Source: Oculina patagonica
Taxonomy: Eukaryota
Length of the DNA stretch: 64,000 nt
NCBI RefSeq assembly: GCF_052425735.1
Contig: NC_135769.1
Location: 15,376,001 to 15,440,000, forward strand
Direction of reading: 5' to 3'
Shown: one piece after another, positions 1-13,553 of the stretch
How positions within the stretch are numbered: position 1 is the first letter of the stretch
Layout of the letters: every line of letters starts with the position of its first letter
Position numbers and translations under genes: made by a program
The notes under the pieces: model-generated
What the model was told of the DNA's origin: nothing
Database searches by the model: none
Seen by the model: the letters and a program-made list of their open reading frames with translations, nothing else

Positions 1-433
1 TTACACGAAAGTTATGATGACAAACACATTTTTTTCGTGCTTTTTTCTCTAACTGCACTCCTTTTACTCGTCCTATATTTTTTCTTCATGAAATCAAACA
101 TTTAATTGTAACCAATCAAACGAGTGCATTAAATATTGCTTCAACGCGATTGGCTACCGGTACTAATGAATGTCATGTCACAAGACCTGACATCTGAAAT
201 ACAAAACTACTTCGCTAGACAACCGAGAAAGTTATATAGACTGACTCTCAAAAAAAAAAATCCGAGCCCCTGCCGTTTCCCATCCTTAAAATACGCCAAA
301 CTCTTTGAGGCAATTTTTTTTTTGTGAGCCACGCATTTCTATGTCAAAGCCTGTCGTTTTTTTCAATAACATTTTCAATCTTCCTGTACATCATCAGATG
401 GCTGTTGCCCGGTGAATACAAGATCTAACTTGT

Positions 434-1345
434 TTAACAACACGTAATCTGTCTCACAGTGCCTATGACCGCCCGTCTCACTTCTTGAATCTTCCAACAA
501 TAAAGGATTGGGTTGAGGGTTGAGTTAATGAACACCAGCGTTAATGACAACATCCAAGCCAGCATAAGAGATGGCGTCATTTCCCATCCAAACATCAGTA
601 ACCCAGTAACAATACCAACTGGAAGGTAACACGTGACTAGTGTAAGCTGTACCCACAATGCACTGGACACTGTCTTTCTGTATCGCGCTATGTTCAATGG
701 CTCATGTCCGCTTGGTTGTCCTTGGTGAACGTGTTCTTGTATTTGAGCTTGATGATGAAGGAGCTTTAGATAGATCTCTATGTAACAGCCGATTGATACC
801 GTCACGCATAATAAAATAGATGCAAAGCAATAATATGAAATAAATGTTATTTTCCAAAACGCCGCCGTTGCACAGCAAACGTTCAGAGTCCAAAAACAAA
901 TGACAGCCACAAGAACTCGTTTAAAAGTAACCACTTGTCTGTATCTCATGCCCAGTGACAGGGCGAGAAGTCTGTCCACGCTTATTGCGGTCAGTGTAAA
1001 CAGAGATAGAAAACTAAAAAGTACATCTATAACAACAGTTATGTTAAAATACTGGAAACAAAGATTACAGTTTTCGTATTCTTTAATCAACAAAAATATG
1101 ACAAAAAGCGGCTCCAAGAGAATCCCAACGCAGAGATCAGTGAGCGCCAGTGAACGTAACAAGATCTTGGAAGGTGGACGAAGGGACGACTCCTTGTGGA
1201 GGGCAGCTAGGATCAAAGTATTACCTAGGGTTGTAGTGATGGCAAGAAAGATATTAGAGATCACAAGAAACCACAATGTATGCGGGGCTCCTGTTAAAGG
1301 TACAAAACAGATAAACCGAACAATTTCCTCATCAACGCGAGCCAT
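434..1345 (-). CDS. Intronless class A (rhodopsin-like) GPCR of the cnidarian-expanded melanocortin/adenosine-receptor-like group, 303 aa
   Basis: Seven hydrophobic segments; GN in TM1, LALTD in TM2, SVDRLL (DRY variant), CYLP in TM6, NSTLNPILY (NPxxY), C-terminal CC. ATG start, no disruptions. Confidence 0.92.
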   Translation of the reverse strand: MARVDEEIVRFICFVPLTGAPHTLWFLVISNIFLAITTTLGNTLILAALHKESSLRPPSKILLRSLALTDLCVGILLEPLFVIFLLIKEYENCNLCFQYFNITVVIDVLFSFLSLFTLTAISVDRLLALSLGMRYRQVVTFKRVLVAVICFWTLNVCCATAAFWKITFISYYCFASILLCVTVSIGCYIEIYLKLLHHQAQIQEHVHQGQPSGHEPLNIARYRKTVSSALWVQLTLVTCYLPVGIVTGLLMFGWEMTPSLMLAWMLSLTLVFINSTLNPILYCWKIQEVRRAVIGTVRQITCC

Positions 1346-2734
1346 GTTGAGTGCTTTTTATGGAAGTCAATAGTCATCCCAAGCTGTTTACAATTTTAAG
1401 ATTGTTGACGGTCAGGATAAGAAGACGTTTGTAGCATGCGGCTTAAAGCAATCGCCAAATTTAAGGGATCACCATCATCAGAGGATGACGAGAAGGATAA
1501 AGTTGTTTGTCCGCAGTCCATTTCATTTATTCTGTGTGCCTGTTACCTTATTATTTATTCATTAAACCTAAATTTAAATATAAAGTCCAACGCCTTACTT
1601 TCTTTGTTATGCAATTTCTACTATTTTTTTAAAGATGGCACGGGATGTTTTCATTGTGTGTGCTAAAGTAAATATAACTACCGAAGGAAAAACCAGCTGA
1701 AAGTTAAAGGATTTTTATCATTGAGTTTTGCCAGCTTCTGAGATCACGTAATAAGTTTCCAGGTCATGTGGACAATATAAATGAAGGCTGCTGCTGAGTG
1801 TAGTTTATTTGCTCATCAGTATGGGCAGCAGATTTTTTATTAGATATAACATCAACAAAGCAAATCCTTTTTATCCCTTTCGTTCTTTTGTCATAAGATT
1901 TTTCATATTCTAATTAAACGTTACCCCCTTGTTCTAATATATTTAATTGACATGAGAAAACGAGAAACGTTAAAATGTATTTTTGCACCTTTCATTAAAT
2001 AATAATGAGTTTAATGAATTTAGGAAACTGACAAAGTAAATTTAGAGTCAGCAGGATACAACAAAACTGGGAGCACTGACAACAGTTTTGCCGACCAAGT
2101 GACAAAAATAACAATGAAAACTGGGCTAGCGGCATATTAAAAGCCAGTCTTTTAATTTTCAATTTTTTTTACTTTTAAAACGAACGAAATAAATTAAAGA
2201 TGCTCTTTACCCATTTACATTTGAATCAAATCTCATCTAATTCTAGTAGTAAGTAAATCAAATAGGTACATTTAAATTACAATAATTTCGTTTGCTCCAG
2301 TGATAAACAAAGCAATAGAAATCGATCTTGTGACATAAAAAAAGCCAGTCTTTCAATTTCATAACTTTTGGTATGACAAAAATATGCTTCATAGCACAGG
2401 CGGATGTAATCAAAATATTTAGCGGACGCTACTGCAAGCTGCTTCACACTACTAAAGCTCTTATTTTCTTCAATACTGATTAATACCGACAGAAGTCCAT
2501 AATTCATGTACTTCTGATGCCGAGTAAGAATTGAACATTTCCAGTCACTTGGCTAGTTTTTGCCATCTTGTTCTGCAAAACCAGCTCAGTTTTTTTTTGC
2601 CTTAACATCGTGAACCGCCGGTCAAAGTGATTGCTTCAACACGTTCACAGTCACAGCTGAAGCCGAGCTGCATATTATTCAGAACGACTGCTCAGGGCCA
2701 TGTAACAGTCATGTAACCAATATACACATCAAAC

Positions 2735-3658
2735 ATGGAAGCCGATCGTGAAGAAGTGGCGGATGGATTTTGCATTTCACTTCGATTGATAGGGAGCTAT
2801 GAAATGAGATTTCTTGTGGCCGGTTTGAATATTTTTCTTGCTATCTGTGCAACTTTAGCAAATACTGTGATCCTAGCTGCCCTTCACAAGGAGTCGTCCC
2901 TTCATCCACCGTCCAAGATCTTGTTACGTTCACTGGCGCTCACTGATTTCTTTGCTGGAATTCTCGTGGAGCCACTTTTTGTCACAGTCTTAATCACGGT
3001 GGACGAAAACCAGAATCTTTGTTATCAAATTATTATCTTTACTCTGTTTACCGCACAAGTATTGTGTCTATTATCTTTGCTAACACTGACCGCAATAAGC
3101 GTGGACAGACTTCTCGCCCTGTTACTGGGCATGAGATACAGACAAGTGGTTACTTTTAAACGAGTTCTTTTGTGTGTGATCTGTTTTTGGACTCTAAGCA
3201 CTGGCTTTGCCACAGCGGTTTTTTGGGTTGATTACAGTAAGGCAAATTTATATCTTTTCTTCATAGTTGATTTGTTATGTATAACGATTTCAACTTGTTG
3301 TTATATCAAAATCTGTCAAAAGCTCCTTCATCATCAAGCTCAAATACACGTTCACCAAGGACAACCAAACGGACATGAGCCATTGAACATAGCGCGATAC
3401 AGAAAGACAGTGTCCAGTGCATTGTGGGTACAGTTTACAGTACTTGCATGCTATCTTCCAACAGGTATAGTTGCAGCATGGATGGCTGTGAGTGGAATAC
3501 TTGTAAATCAATCTCTTTTTGTCGCTTGGCTATTTTTATCAACGCTTATGTTCTTTAACTCAACACTGAACCCAATCCTATATTGTTGGAAGATCAGAGA
3601 AGTAAGACGAGCGGTTATAGACATTAGAAGACTGATATTGTGTTGTTTTATAGGTTAG
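2735..3658 (+). CDS. Intronless class A GPCR paralog, 307 aa
   Basis: Same motif set (LALTD, SVDRLL, CYLP, NSTLNPILY); intact ORF with AAACATGG start; head-to-head with 434-1345. Confidence 0.92.
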   Translation: MEADREEVADGFCISLRLIGSYEMRFLVAGLNIFLAICATLANTVILAALHKESSLHPPSKILLRSLALTDFFAGILVEPLFVTVLITVDENQNLCYQIIIFTLFTAQVLCLLSLLTLTAISVDRLLALLLGMRYRQVVTFKRVLLCVICFWTLSTGFATAVFWVDYSKANLYLFFIVDLLCITISTCCYIKICQKLLHHQAQIHVHQGQPNGHEPLNIARYRKTVSSALWVQFTVLACYLPTGIVAAWMAVSGILVNQSLFVAWLFLSTLMFFNSTLNPILYCWKIREVRRAVIDIRRLILCCFIG

Positions 3659-4278
3659 TTCTGGGACTTTCAGTTCACACACGAGTACAAAACATGGCTC
3701 GGTTTTAACATAAATAAACTAACAAGTGGACTGGGATTTGGCGGGCATTACGCGGATTGTGTCTCTTGCCGGCATCCAACTTTTTGATAGTTTTTACTGC
3801 GAAGGACTAAATTCCAGTTGAAAAATGAAATGTCAAAGTTCTGATCACTTTGGCTCAAGCTAATCTGACTGCAATGCAATGTCTCAAAAGAATTAGACCT
3901 AGTTATAGCTTTACAGGATTATGGCCATAAAATTGCATTTGCACGGCATAAACCAAAGTTGGTACTTCATCTGTAGCTAGTTGGCAGCGACGGATCTAAA
4001 AAAAATAAGTTGGTCGTTTAATGAGTTTAAATTTAAGACCACCTGATGATGTTTGTAATTTTAAATTGACGTTCACCGCAGTATCTTTAGCCTTGTATAA
4101 ACCTCTCCACCATATTTACATGAATTATTGTTTGGTCTTCCGTATCGCCGAATAAGTTTCAAAATTATGCAAATGTACAGACTGTAGTTAATGTTGCTGA
4201 ATAAATGTAAAACCAGAAGTACTTCTGGTAAAACTGAATAAACTTTGACTTAGAGTATATGAACATATTGCTTGGATG

Positions 4279-5133
4279 CATAGGCGTACGAGGCGGGGGG
4301 GGGGGGGGGGGGAGGGGGGCTGCAGCCCCCCCAGCGCCGAAATTTTTCGGGCAAAATGCTTGATATTCGGGCAACAAGCCTAGAAAATATAGAAAATAAG
4401 CTGACAAATCTCAACATTACGTTCAAAACGGATTAAATCGACAGAAAATGTATTGGAAATATAACGCGGTTCAAAAGTCTTACTGAATTTTTATTGATTT
4501 GTTTTCGTTTCCTCCGCAAATTGCTATAATCACGTTCGATTTTTCTTGCAAATTCTGTGTGACCTCTCAGTTTGATTCAGTTGCAATCATTTTGAAGTGA
4601 GAAAGAAATTGACGATGGCGACCAGAAGTTAGGATTCTTGAGCGTTTGGGCGCGGTGGTTCCAGTGTAAGACCTTGAAACATAGCTGTTACGTATTTGAT
4701 GAAGCTAGTGCTTTCGACTCAAATGATAAGGCTAGCTCAAAACTTTCAACGAAATGTTTAAACCCATTTACCCCTGACACGCTTTTACATAACTTTCAAG
4801 TAAGGAAAAAAAACAATGTAAACTGGCTCCCCAAAAATAAGTTAATTTTTGCTGAACTCAGGAGTGGATAAATAAAATATTTCCGAAGAAAAAGGATACA
4901 GTGCATTGACATCTTCGGGCAACACCACGAAATTAATTAAAGAATTAGAAATATTGTTTCCTTGAAACAAGCAGGCAAGTTAAGGTTTGTACACAACTAT
5001 TTCAAAGTATGTTTTTTTTTTTTCATTTTATATGCCTCTTTATTCGGCGTTTAATGCATGTCATTTTTTTCGGGCAATTAGGTCTCCGCCCCCTCCCCCC
5101 CCCCCCAAGTCCGAAGGTGCCCGTACGCCTATG
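4279..5133. mobile_element. Non-autonomous hAT-type DNA transposon (MITE)
   Basis: 12-bp TIR CATAGGCGTACG...CGTACGCCTATG with an exact 8-bp TSD CTTGGATG (4271-4278 and 5134-5141). 8-bp TSDs are typical of hAT. Subterminal poly-G and poly-C tracts. Confidence 0.85.
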
Positions 5134-6694
5134 CTTGGATGGGAGAAGCAAATATTTAATATTTTATCAGAAATGCTCACGCAAGTTTTAAAAGAAGAAT
5201 TCTCTGCAAGTGTGTTGAAAGGTGTACAGATCGTATAAGATGACTGTTTTGCACCATTAAGGTTCAAAACTTAACAAGGAAGCTGCTCAGTTGATTTCTC
5301 GCGTTCACTTCAGTGTAGGTAATACTGTAATCATAGCTGCCCTTTATATGAATAAGGAGCCGTCCCCTCAACCACTTTCCAATGTCTTGTTCCCAAGAGA
5401 GTAATAAAGGCCCCGACACAGTGCAACATTGCATAATTGTTCTACTTCTGAATAACGTCGCGCAACAATTTCAATGTGTGTTCGCATTACTCCACTTCTG
5501 TTTAGGGTATTTTTGTGAGTTTATGAGTACTGATGAACGTGGATATACTTCTGTGTAAATCCTTTTACCTTCGGAAAAAATGCAACAAACCGGAGTATTT
5601 TCAGTTTATATTTTATGATACTCACAAAGGCCCTCCACTTGCTGACCTGTATAGCAGTTGATCGCTTCTTGTTCTTTTGTGTCCACCGAATGCAAGTCCT
5701 TGCAAAGAAACAGAATGCATGTACAGTGAACATGCATTAAGTTTAAGGTTCTTACAAAAGCCAGCCAGTCACAAAGGATACATTAAAAAATTGCAATAAA
5801 ACAAATTCTTGGAAGATAATACATGCCTCTGTTACCAAGGGGCCGATCCGTTAGATCTCCCGGAGATTCTAAGCTTGAGATTAACTGCTCTTGTACCTTC
5901 ACAAAATAATAGCCCTCAAGGTTTGGTCAGGTTTGCTAAAAGTTGAATCTAGAGAACGGCAAAAAAAAACCCACTCCAACAAGTGGGCAAGACACATATT
6001 AACCGTGTCAACCGGGATAAGATGAATTAAATCTCTCCGCTCGGTAAGAATGTGGCAGTCAAAAACGCAAACCGAAAACGTGACGTCTCAATGAATGGCT
6101 CATCGTCATAAAAGGCTTTAGCCTTTGCGCGTGCGGCACTTTGGAAAGCGCACGCGCACTTGCAACAACGATTTTTCGCGCAACACCGCGTCAACGATTC
6201 GTGGTATGTTAAACGAATTAACTTTTCGCGCAACATCGTACAAATTGTACTTGGCAACATGCATGTTACATGAGACGATTTTCAGCGCAACGCCAACTCG
6301 CAACATTTCGCGCGCGCGTCCAGGCCGTGTTTAACAGAATTCTGGGAAGGTGTTGCGCGAAAAATCGACGGCGACCCTGGTACACGAGTCAACTTTCTAA
6401 ATATTCGACATCTTGTGTAGCGAGTTTTTGACTTGGGTTCAAAAACTCGCAACGTGTTGCCGAGTCAAAAGTTGCGCGAACAATCGTCCCCGAAACTACG
6501 TTACACGAAAAATCGTTGTTGCAAGTTGTCCCGTGTAACAAAACCTTAATGTTATGTTCGAACGACGGAAAACTTAAACTTTAGACACTTTAATACCATA
6601 ACGCTATCTCTTCAAATGCAAGTTATGTTAGCATTGTTGTCATTGACTGTGGATGACGTCAGCTTCTCTTCAAATGCAAGTCACGTTAGCAAAC

Positions 6695-7040
6695 CCCTGG
6701 CCGGGGTCATTGTGTTGTGTTCTTTGACAGGACACTCAACCCTCACCATCAGTGCTTTTGTCTATCCAGGGTATTATTGAATAGCACATTGATTGCTGAA
6801 AGGCAACCTGCAATGGACTAGCATCCTATTCAGTAGGAGTAGGCAGTGGCGGATCCAGATCTTGAACTAAGGTGGGGCCCTTTTCTGTGTGTGTACACCC
6901 AAAAAAAGGTTTTAGCGGGGGGCAGTCATTAAAAAACCCAGACCCCTCCCCTAGATGCGCCACAGATAGAAATACTCATAGTCATTTCATGCCAGATCGA
7001 GAAAGCGGCAAAAAGGAGCTGAAGTGTGAGCCACCTGGTC
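6695..7040 (+). mobile_element. Degenerate copy of the tRNA-derived SINE, interrupted by a small CAGTGGCGGATC-type MITE (about 6844-6965)
   Basis: Matches segments of the SINE at 24315-24610 (cctggccgggg; ctgcaatggactagcatcctattcag; ggagtag...aatactcatagtc). Confidence 0.6.
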
Positions 7041-7484
7041 GGTGCAAGAACGCTCACCTCCTCCGCTCAAAGAGTCGTTTACAGGAAGTCTGCATGCCAC
7101 ATCATTATCTCGCTCGCAGTGTTAAAAATTGTCGTGCTCGGAAAATAGACGGCACGGCATAACTGTTGCAAGACAGACCACCAACTTGTGTGAAGATTGA
7201 ACTTACATTTAATTTCAAGGGAAAATGAATTGGTAAATATTTGAGCACTGCAATTGTGTTTAACGCAATTAATCCAGTCTAAACTGCAGGTAACTCATAA
7301 AGCAACACCAAAGCAAGAAGGAATATTTAAAACCATGTCTTAAATTTGCAAAAAAAGGCGAAGTAATAATGTGCATGGATTTGAAAAGGTACATGATGAA
7401 ATCGTGTTCTAGTGGTGTTTTCAGTCTCCTTTTCTTTTATGTAGTTCATAATTCCCTCACATTTCGTAGCCAAAATTATCGAGC

Positions 7485-9488
7485 TCAAATAACCGTTCTT
7501 GCTCTCTCTTGGTGCCTCTCCTGTAGGCCACGGAAGTTCTTTTCCCAGTTTTTGCGGAAGGCTTTGAATTCCTCTTCCATGGCAAGGACCTCTGCGCTTT
7601 GAGCGGCCATGAGTCGCTCTGTATGCTCGCTGCAGTTTGATGGTATGCCCTTGTGATGGTCATGATCACCTTCTTCTTTGCCAATCTTAGTCGTGGACAG
7701 ATCAAGTTTGGCATTTTGTTCTTCTCCTAGTAAATTAACATAGAGCAAAAAGTCTTAATCAAATAGGTTTTAAAGCTTTTTTTTGTCTCAAGTACGGTTC
7801 CGTGATAGATCTTTTGCTTTTGTCTGATATTTATGGTACATTTTTGCCTTGTGCCCTGTTCTTAAAAGAGAATGACAAGTTGAATATGGGGTTTTAAGCA
7901 TGAAGATATAACAGCAAACTGATCCTTAAAATGAAGAAGAAGTTTTTGGTTGCTGTTCCTTACCTGGACTGGTTTGCAGATTGTGTTCCTTTTGTGTCCG
8001 TGGGTAATATTGCCAGAAAAGGCCAACAGCTAAAGCGATCATAAACAAACCAAACATGCCGTAAACAGTGTAACCAAACAGGCTGCCCTTAAAATAATCC
8101 GCACCAGAGCTGGAGTTGTCACCGCCATACTGAAATAGAACAACAACAAATTTTGTACACAAATCGAATGTAAACAAAGGTATAATTCAAAGATCGTGTG
8201 ATATTTTAATCTTGAGCAACCGTCAAAAAACGTCCAGGAAATGACTCACGAAAACAACGCAGACAAATCACCAAAACGCCATAAGTCCCCCCCCCCCAAA
8301 AAAAAAAAAAAAAAAGAATCGTAAGGAATCCTTGTCACTCTTTTCGTTTAGTACCCCTTTGATGTCTAATAGGTAGTGAAATCTTTTCGAAGTTGCTCGA
8401 AATTCTCTACAAACTTAAATCCTAAGACAGGTCTAGGTTGATTGTATTTTAATTCCAGACTGTGATACTGACTCCCAGCTTTTCCTGTTATGGCAACTAC
8501 TTAACAAACAGTGACAGCTTGGAGTGAGATCAAAAGCGCAGGCATTTATGATACCGCTTGGGGACAGATGCAGAACTGCAGAAAATCTGCAAGCATTAGA
8601 GAATGTGAAGATGGAAAGAAATGTCGTTATATAAAGGGTCCTTTTTCCCAAACAATATGACTGAATATTTACGTGCTCTCCGTAGCAGGTGCCAGGCTTT
8701 TTTAAATTTAGCCATTTAAAAAAACTTGCTAACAAATATTTTCTCATGTAAGCTGGTTATCAAACCTGTTTTGCATTGATGTACTTTTCCAAAATCGCGT
8801 GTATTTCCAGCTGATGGTTGTTATGGTAACTCAGGAAGCACTTCCTTATGGCCTCTGTGCCCATGGGTAACACCGCTCCGTAGATAACAGGCTCATTGAG
8901 GACGGTTGCCACATACAGCTTGTACTCATCATAGTATGCGCTGTGCTGTGGAGTGCTGAAGATATCCACCAGGGCTATCCGGGTTTCGCCGCTTTGAACA
9001 CTCTTGTACAATTCATCGTAACTTCGTTTTACTAAAATGCAAAAGAGATTAAATGAGCCTAATAACCTTAAAGATATGAATTCACGAGCAAACCAACTAG
9101 TAATTTGGGTTGCCACGTTGAACGAATGAGTCAGCTGTATTCTTGTACACTTATTAAAAACGTAAAAGTGTACTACAAATTAACGAGGAACACGCCTACT
9201 TTATAGTAAAACACACGTTATTTCTTAAAGGATAAAACGAAAATGTTCCAGATTATATGACGAAATCAAACGTCAAAAAAAAAACATGTTCACAGAATCA
9301 GAAAAAAAAATTGACACGGAGTCGGTAACAAGATCACAACATGTGAACTCTAAGGAACGTACCATGAACTTCAGCGTTTTGTAAAATGGCTACTTGCTGC
9401 TCAGCGGAGCCATTCATAACTGCGACCTGGAACCAGAAGAAGAGAGAAAGTTTGGAAGGCCCCACGCCACCTTTTGTGTGGGCCCCTG

Positions 9489-9542
<54 letters not shown>

Positions 9543-12292
9543 AATTCGTTCGGTGCTGAAAGGCAACAGTCACTATATTCTGTCACGTCACTCGGCCCAA
9601 ACTCAGGACACACGGTGTAATTTTGCGGCTCAACGACCGTACCGCGTGTCTTGGCCAACCCCTAAAAAAAAGGATCGCCTTCAACTGTAGGACATGTTAC
9701 ACAAGGCGATTTTCCTAGCAACTTCCAACGCAATAAACGTTGTGGTTGTTGAATAAAGAAAAGTTGAACTATCCTCTGCTTTCTGTTACGTCGCGAGGCA
9801 AGTTGGTGTGTGACATGTCAATCGCAACTTGTAACGCACATTTGTTGAAATGAGCCAATCAGAGAGCGTTCTTCAATTGCGGGAGATTTGAAGATGATGA
9901 TTTCACGCGACATCCCCTCTGTAGCTTGAAATATTTTTCAGTCGCATCGTTGCGTGTTGCAAGGAAAATTGCTTCGTATAACATTTATCTGTAATAACAT
10001 TGTACACAATGGCCTAGCACAATTATTAGCCGTTTTCTGCCTTCTGACGGCCGGGTTTGTTACATTTTCCAAATTTTCTACCCTGTGAACAAAAACGCTA
10101 ACACCTGCGGTTTACTTATTGTTTTTGACAGCTTTAGTGATCTGGCTACCGTCGCAATTTTGTTTTCGTAGCTTGTAAACTCTCGCCGCAGCTATGCGCG
10201 ACATTTTGCAGCATGTCTGATTGAAAGGGCTCGGCAAACTAGAAATGTATGTTTACCGGCATTCCGTAAATGTTGTTAACTTGCTCGAGACTGTTACTGC
10301 TGAGTGAAGCGGTGATCATACCCATATAGATAGCGAGTATAACAAGACCGACATTAATCCACACCACACCAAACAGACGACCACCAACACTGCGAGGAAC
10401 CTTGTCACCGTAGCTAAACAAATAAAATACAATGAAGTCAAACTAACGTGCGTTCTGTTTACGTAACATAATGGTAACAAGTTTGTAACGAGGCGTGGAT
10501 TTTAAATTACATTACAGAAGACTGGGTTTTCTTTATCTGTGTAAAATGGCGAAAGTGTTTCTGTAGAGTTTTATGAAGAATAGAGAGTGGAGCAAGATAC
10601 GGTATTCTATGTTACTGGCTGATTCCTTTAAAAAACACTCATCCAACATTCTTAACAAACCGGTTTACAAGGCTTCACAGCGTGCGTTTTTACAGGCTGT
10701 CGCCATATAAGGGGTTAGTGTGACGATGAGACTGTATCCATTGGATCGATACTGAGTTTAATTGATAATTTTAATTGTGAATTTATAACCGTAATCATAA
10801 TGTTTATGATAAAAAGAAGGGAAAATAAATCGAAAAAATCAGACTGGATGAGCCAGGTTATTTCGAACCTTTTACCGAGCTCATCTAAGAGCGCTTCGCG
10901 AGGAGATTAAATACAAGACCATTTACATGCATGAACCATAAAACGTCAAATGGAAGAAAAATAAATCCTCAATCAACGATCCAGGGAGATTTTGCAATCA
11001 ACTATCAATGGCGGATGTCAACGGGTCCAGTGGCTAAATTTTTAGTAATTGTCAACTGACAAAATGCTCAATATTGGATCGACAAACCACCGCCTACTGA
11101 ATATCTTACGTCATGACCGATCGCACAGAAATTCATCATAATGGTATTACCGACTGAGGTTTTCCTCAGCAAGGTACCGTATTATGATCGTCTCAAAAGC
11201 AGTTCAACAAACTCAAGGCTTGTATTATCTCTTTAGAGACACACTTACAGAATATGGACGCATACACGAAGTGATACATACCCAACCGTTGTCATAGTAA
11301 CAGCAGCCCACCAGACAGCTTCAAAGACTCCACTAGGGAAGAACTCGGGGAATTCTTCAGTGTTTGAACGATAGTCCTACGTGAAAAAAAAAATCGACTT
11401 ACTTTGTTTTTGGCAGTTGAATTGCCAGTAAATTGCATGTAAACTTCCTTCAGAAAGTGACAATTTGAAATAAAATTTCTTTGAAGAGAAAAGGCACAGA
11501 AATAAATTCCTTATAAAGTATAGTAAAACAGCGCAGAGAAAGGAAATAGTTTAATACTCTCGCAAGTTCGTGAACTCTGCGACAGCAGTTTTTGAGTCAC
11601 TAAAGGCCATTTCGTTGTGAGAGACAGTCTATTAACTTTTTTAGGTACGTAACAGAATTACAACTGAAAAACAAACAACAATTAACAGAACTCTTAAGCT
11701 ACACCACGCGATTAAATCCGCTGCACTAAACTGAATTAAACTAAAAACTAAACTAAACTTAAAACTGGCTGAAGCGAATAAATCCTCTTACCAAAGCCCA
11801 CATAACAATTCCACTGAGCGATAACGACATCCCGATGAAGATTAAAATAGGCCAAGAATCCAAAATCGCAGCCATCAGTTCTTCTCCCGGGATACTTTGT
11901 TGTGCAATGAGGGCAATCCCTGGCGAATCAATTAAACCAAGAAAAGGGTGAAGAAATATCGATTCCTCTCGGCCGACTCTCCGCCCCACTGGAATTATAA
12001 CCTCCGTTGAGTGATCGTTGATCGTTGCTCTCAGTGCTGCTGGATATTCGATGAGTTTTGCCGAGATGCTAGCGCTTGTTTTACAGCACGCTTTAAAGAC
12101 GATGCGAAGGATTTCCGGCAAAGCGCCGTCAATTTTGCTGTCTCCCGTGCCCTTGAAAATATACGGCTTTTGTTCCCAGTAAACCAGAGAAAACGCAGTC
12201 CCATTATCACATGCATTTTGGAAGCTAGATGGCAGACCTTTTGTCGGTAAACTGACAAAAACTGCAAGAGCTATAAAGGTAGAAAAACTCAT
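7485..12292 (-). CDS. Gene A: GluR0/AvGluR1-like ionotropic receptor with a K+ selectivity filter (putative ligand-gated K+ channel), about 496 aa, 7 coding exons
   Basis: Manual GT-AG splicing gives one continuous frame: exons 12292-11792, 11376-11282, 10413-10257, 9426-9363, 9031-8766, 8129-7964, 7726-7485 (1491 nt). Signal peptide MSFSTFIALAVFVSL; S1-like lobe (QKPYIF...IDGALPEIL); M1 WPILIFIGMSLSLSGIVMWAL; pore AVWWAAVTMTTVG|YGDKVPRSVGGR; M3; S2-like lobe (VAVMNGS...IALVD...YGAVL); M4 FGYTVYGMFGLFMIALAVGLFW; helical tail. Confidence 0.88.
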
Positions 12293-13553
12293 CACAGCGC
12301 TCAGGGAACACACTATTACATTCCGTAAGACTTCCAAACCGCGACGATTGTAAATCCAAGTTATTAGCGCTCAAAGGTTTAAATTATTAATAAAGACATT
12401 TTTAAATCACCCCGGTTCCCTTTATGGCCGCCAATAAATTTTCTTTCTATTTGTGTTAAACTAGATAAATAGTTTGTCGTGAATAGTTCGAATAAACATT
12501 ATTTCCACTTTTATCATGCAAGCCAAAAATAATTACTGAGAGATAATTAATCAAGTTATTTTTTTAAGAGATTTTTAGACTGCTTTGAAAAATTTGTTAT
12601 CTCAATGATCATGATTTAGCAAGTTCATTTAGTTTAGTGTTATTTTAAAATGATTAAATTTGATATGATATTTTGGTTTGTTTTTAAAAATAAACACCTT
12701 ACAAATCCTAGCGAAACAAAAGATAATCTTATTTTTAAAAGATTTAATAGAATATTCATTTCTGGAATGGTTGTGGATAGAGTATCTTCCTTTGTTTCAA
12801 TTTTTGCTTAATTATTGGCAATCTTTTTTGAATAGAGCAAATTGTTTTGTTAAATACGTTATCGAATTGAAATAATAACACAAACCAAAGTTTGTATAAA
12901 TATGTGTTGCTAGCAGCTACTAAAGTCTCCCTAATGAACATTGAATAATCAAACACTTCGTTAACTTCCTTGCTCAAAAAGAGGGAAATGATTACCCGTA
13001 ACTTTTCGTAACGTCTAGAATCACGTTTAATTAAGTACTGAACAATTTCGCGACCCAACCTCAACAACAGCTAGAGCTAAATATTATTTTCCTTTCAATT
13101 CTAGAACTTGGAAACAATTCATTAAATATTAATGCTTCAGATTAACTGCCAATTAAAAATGAGTATAATTGACCATAATGCCTTGTTGCATTGGAACAGT
13201 TATAATCATAAAGCTCATCAAACAGACTCTCTTGGGATCTGCCATCTAACAGTGGGTAAACCGACAAGATATCTCCGTTTCTCGACTTGAAGCTATGATA
13301 CAAACAAAAGAAGATATTTTAGTAACGCTGCGTTCCTTTGCAGGAACCAGGGCAGAAACTTCGCCACAATAATTGTTCAAGACGTTATCACTGCGCAAGC
13401 AGCAACTAACTACACAAACTCAATTTATAAGTGTAGAATTACGGACGTACTTTTCACTTGCTTATATTGTTCTGTACAGGATTTCTTCTTTCAAATTTTA
13501 TTATCAAGTAATTGTCTAACAGCGTCGTTATTGCACCGGTGAAACTTGTGATC
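12293..13553. promoter_or_regulatory. Probable bidirectional promoter / 5' UTR region between the two channel genes
   Basis: 1.26-kb AT-rich interval between divergent ATGs at 12292 (-) and 13554 (+). The function is inferred from the arrangement only. Confidence 0.45.

Noticed and set aside
900-1373. Antisense and alternate-frame ORFs over the GPCRs (also 3025-3213, 21651-21890, 21959-22291, 29697-30130, 49912-50429) that resemble each other
   Set aside because: They are shadows of the GPCR coding strand. Their mutual similarity follows from the near-identical DNA blocks, and their lengths and starts are inconsistent.
4165-5267. Pro- and Gly-rich short ORFs
   Set aside because: They derive from the poly-G and poly-C tracts at the ends of the hAT-type MITE.
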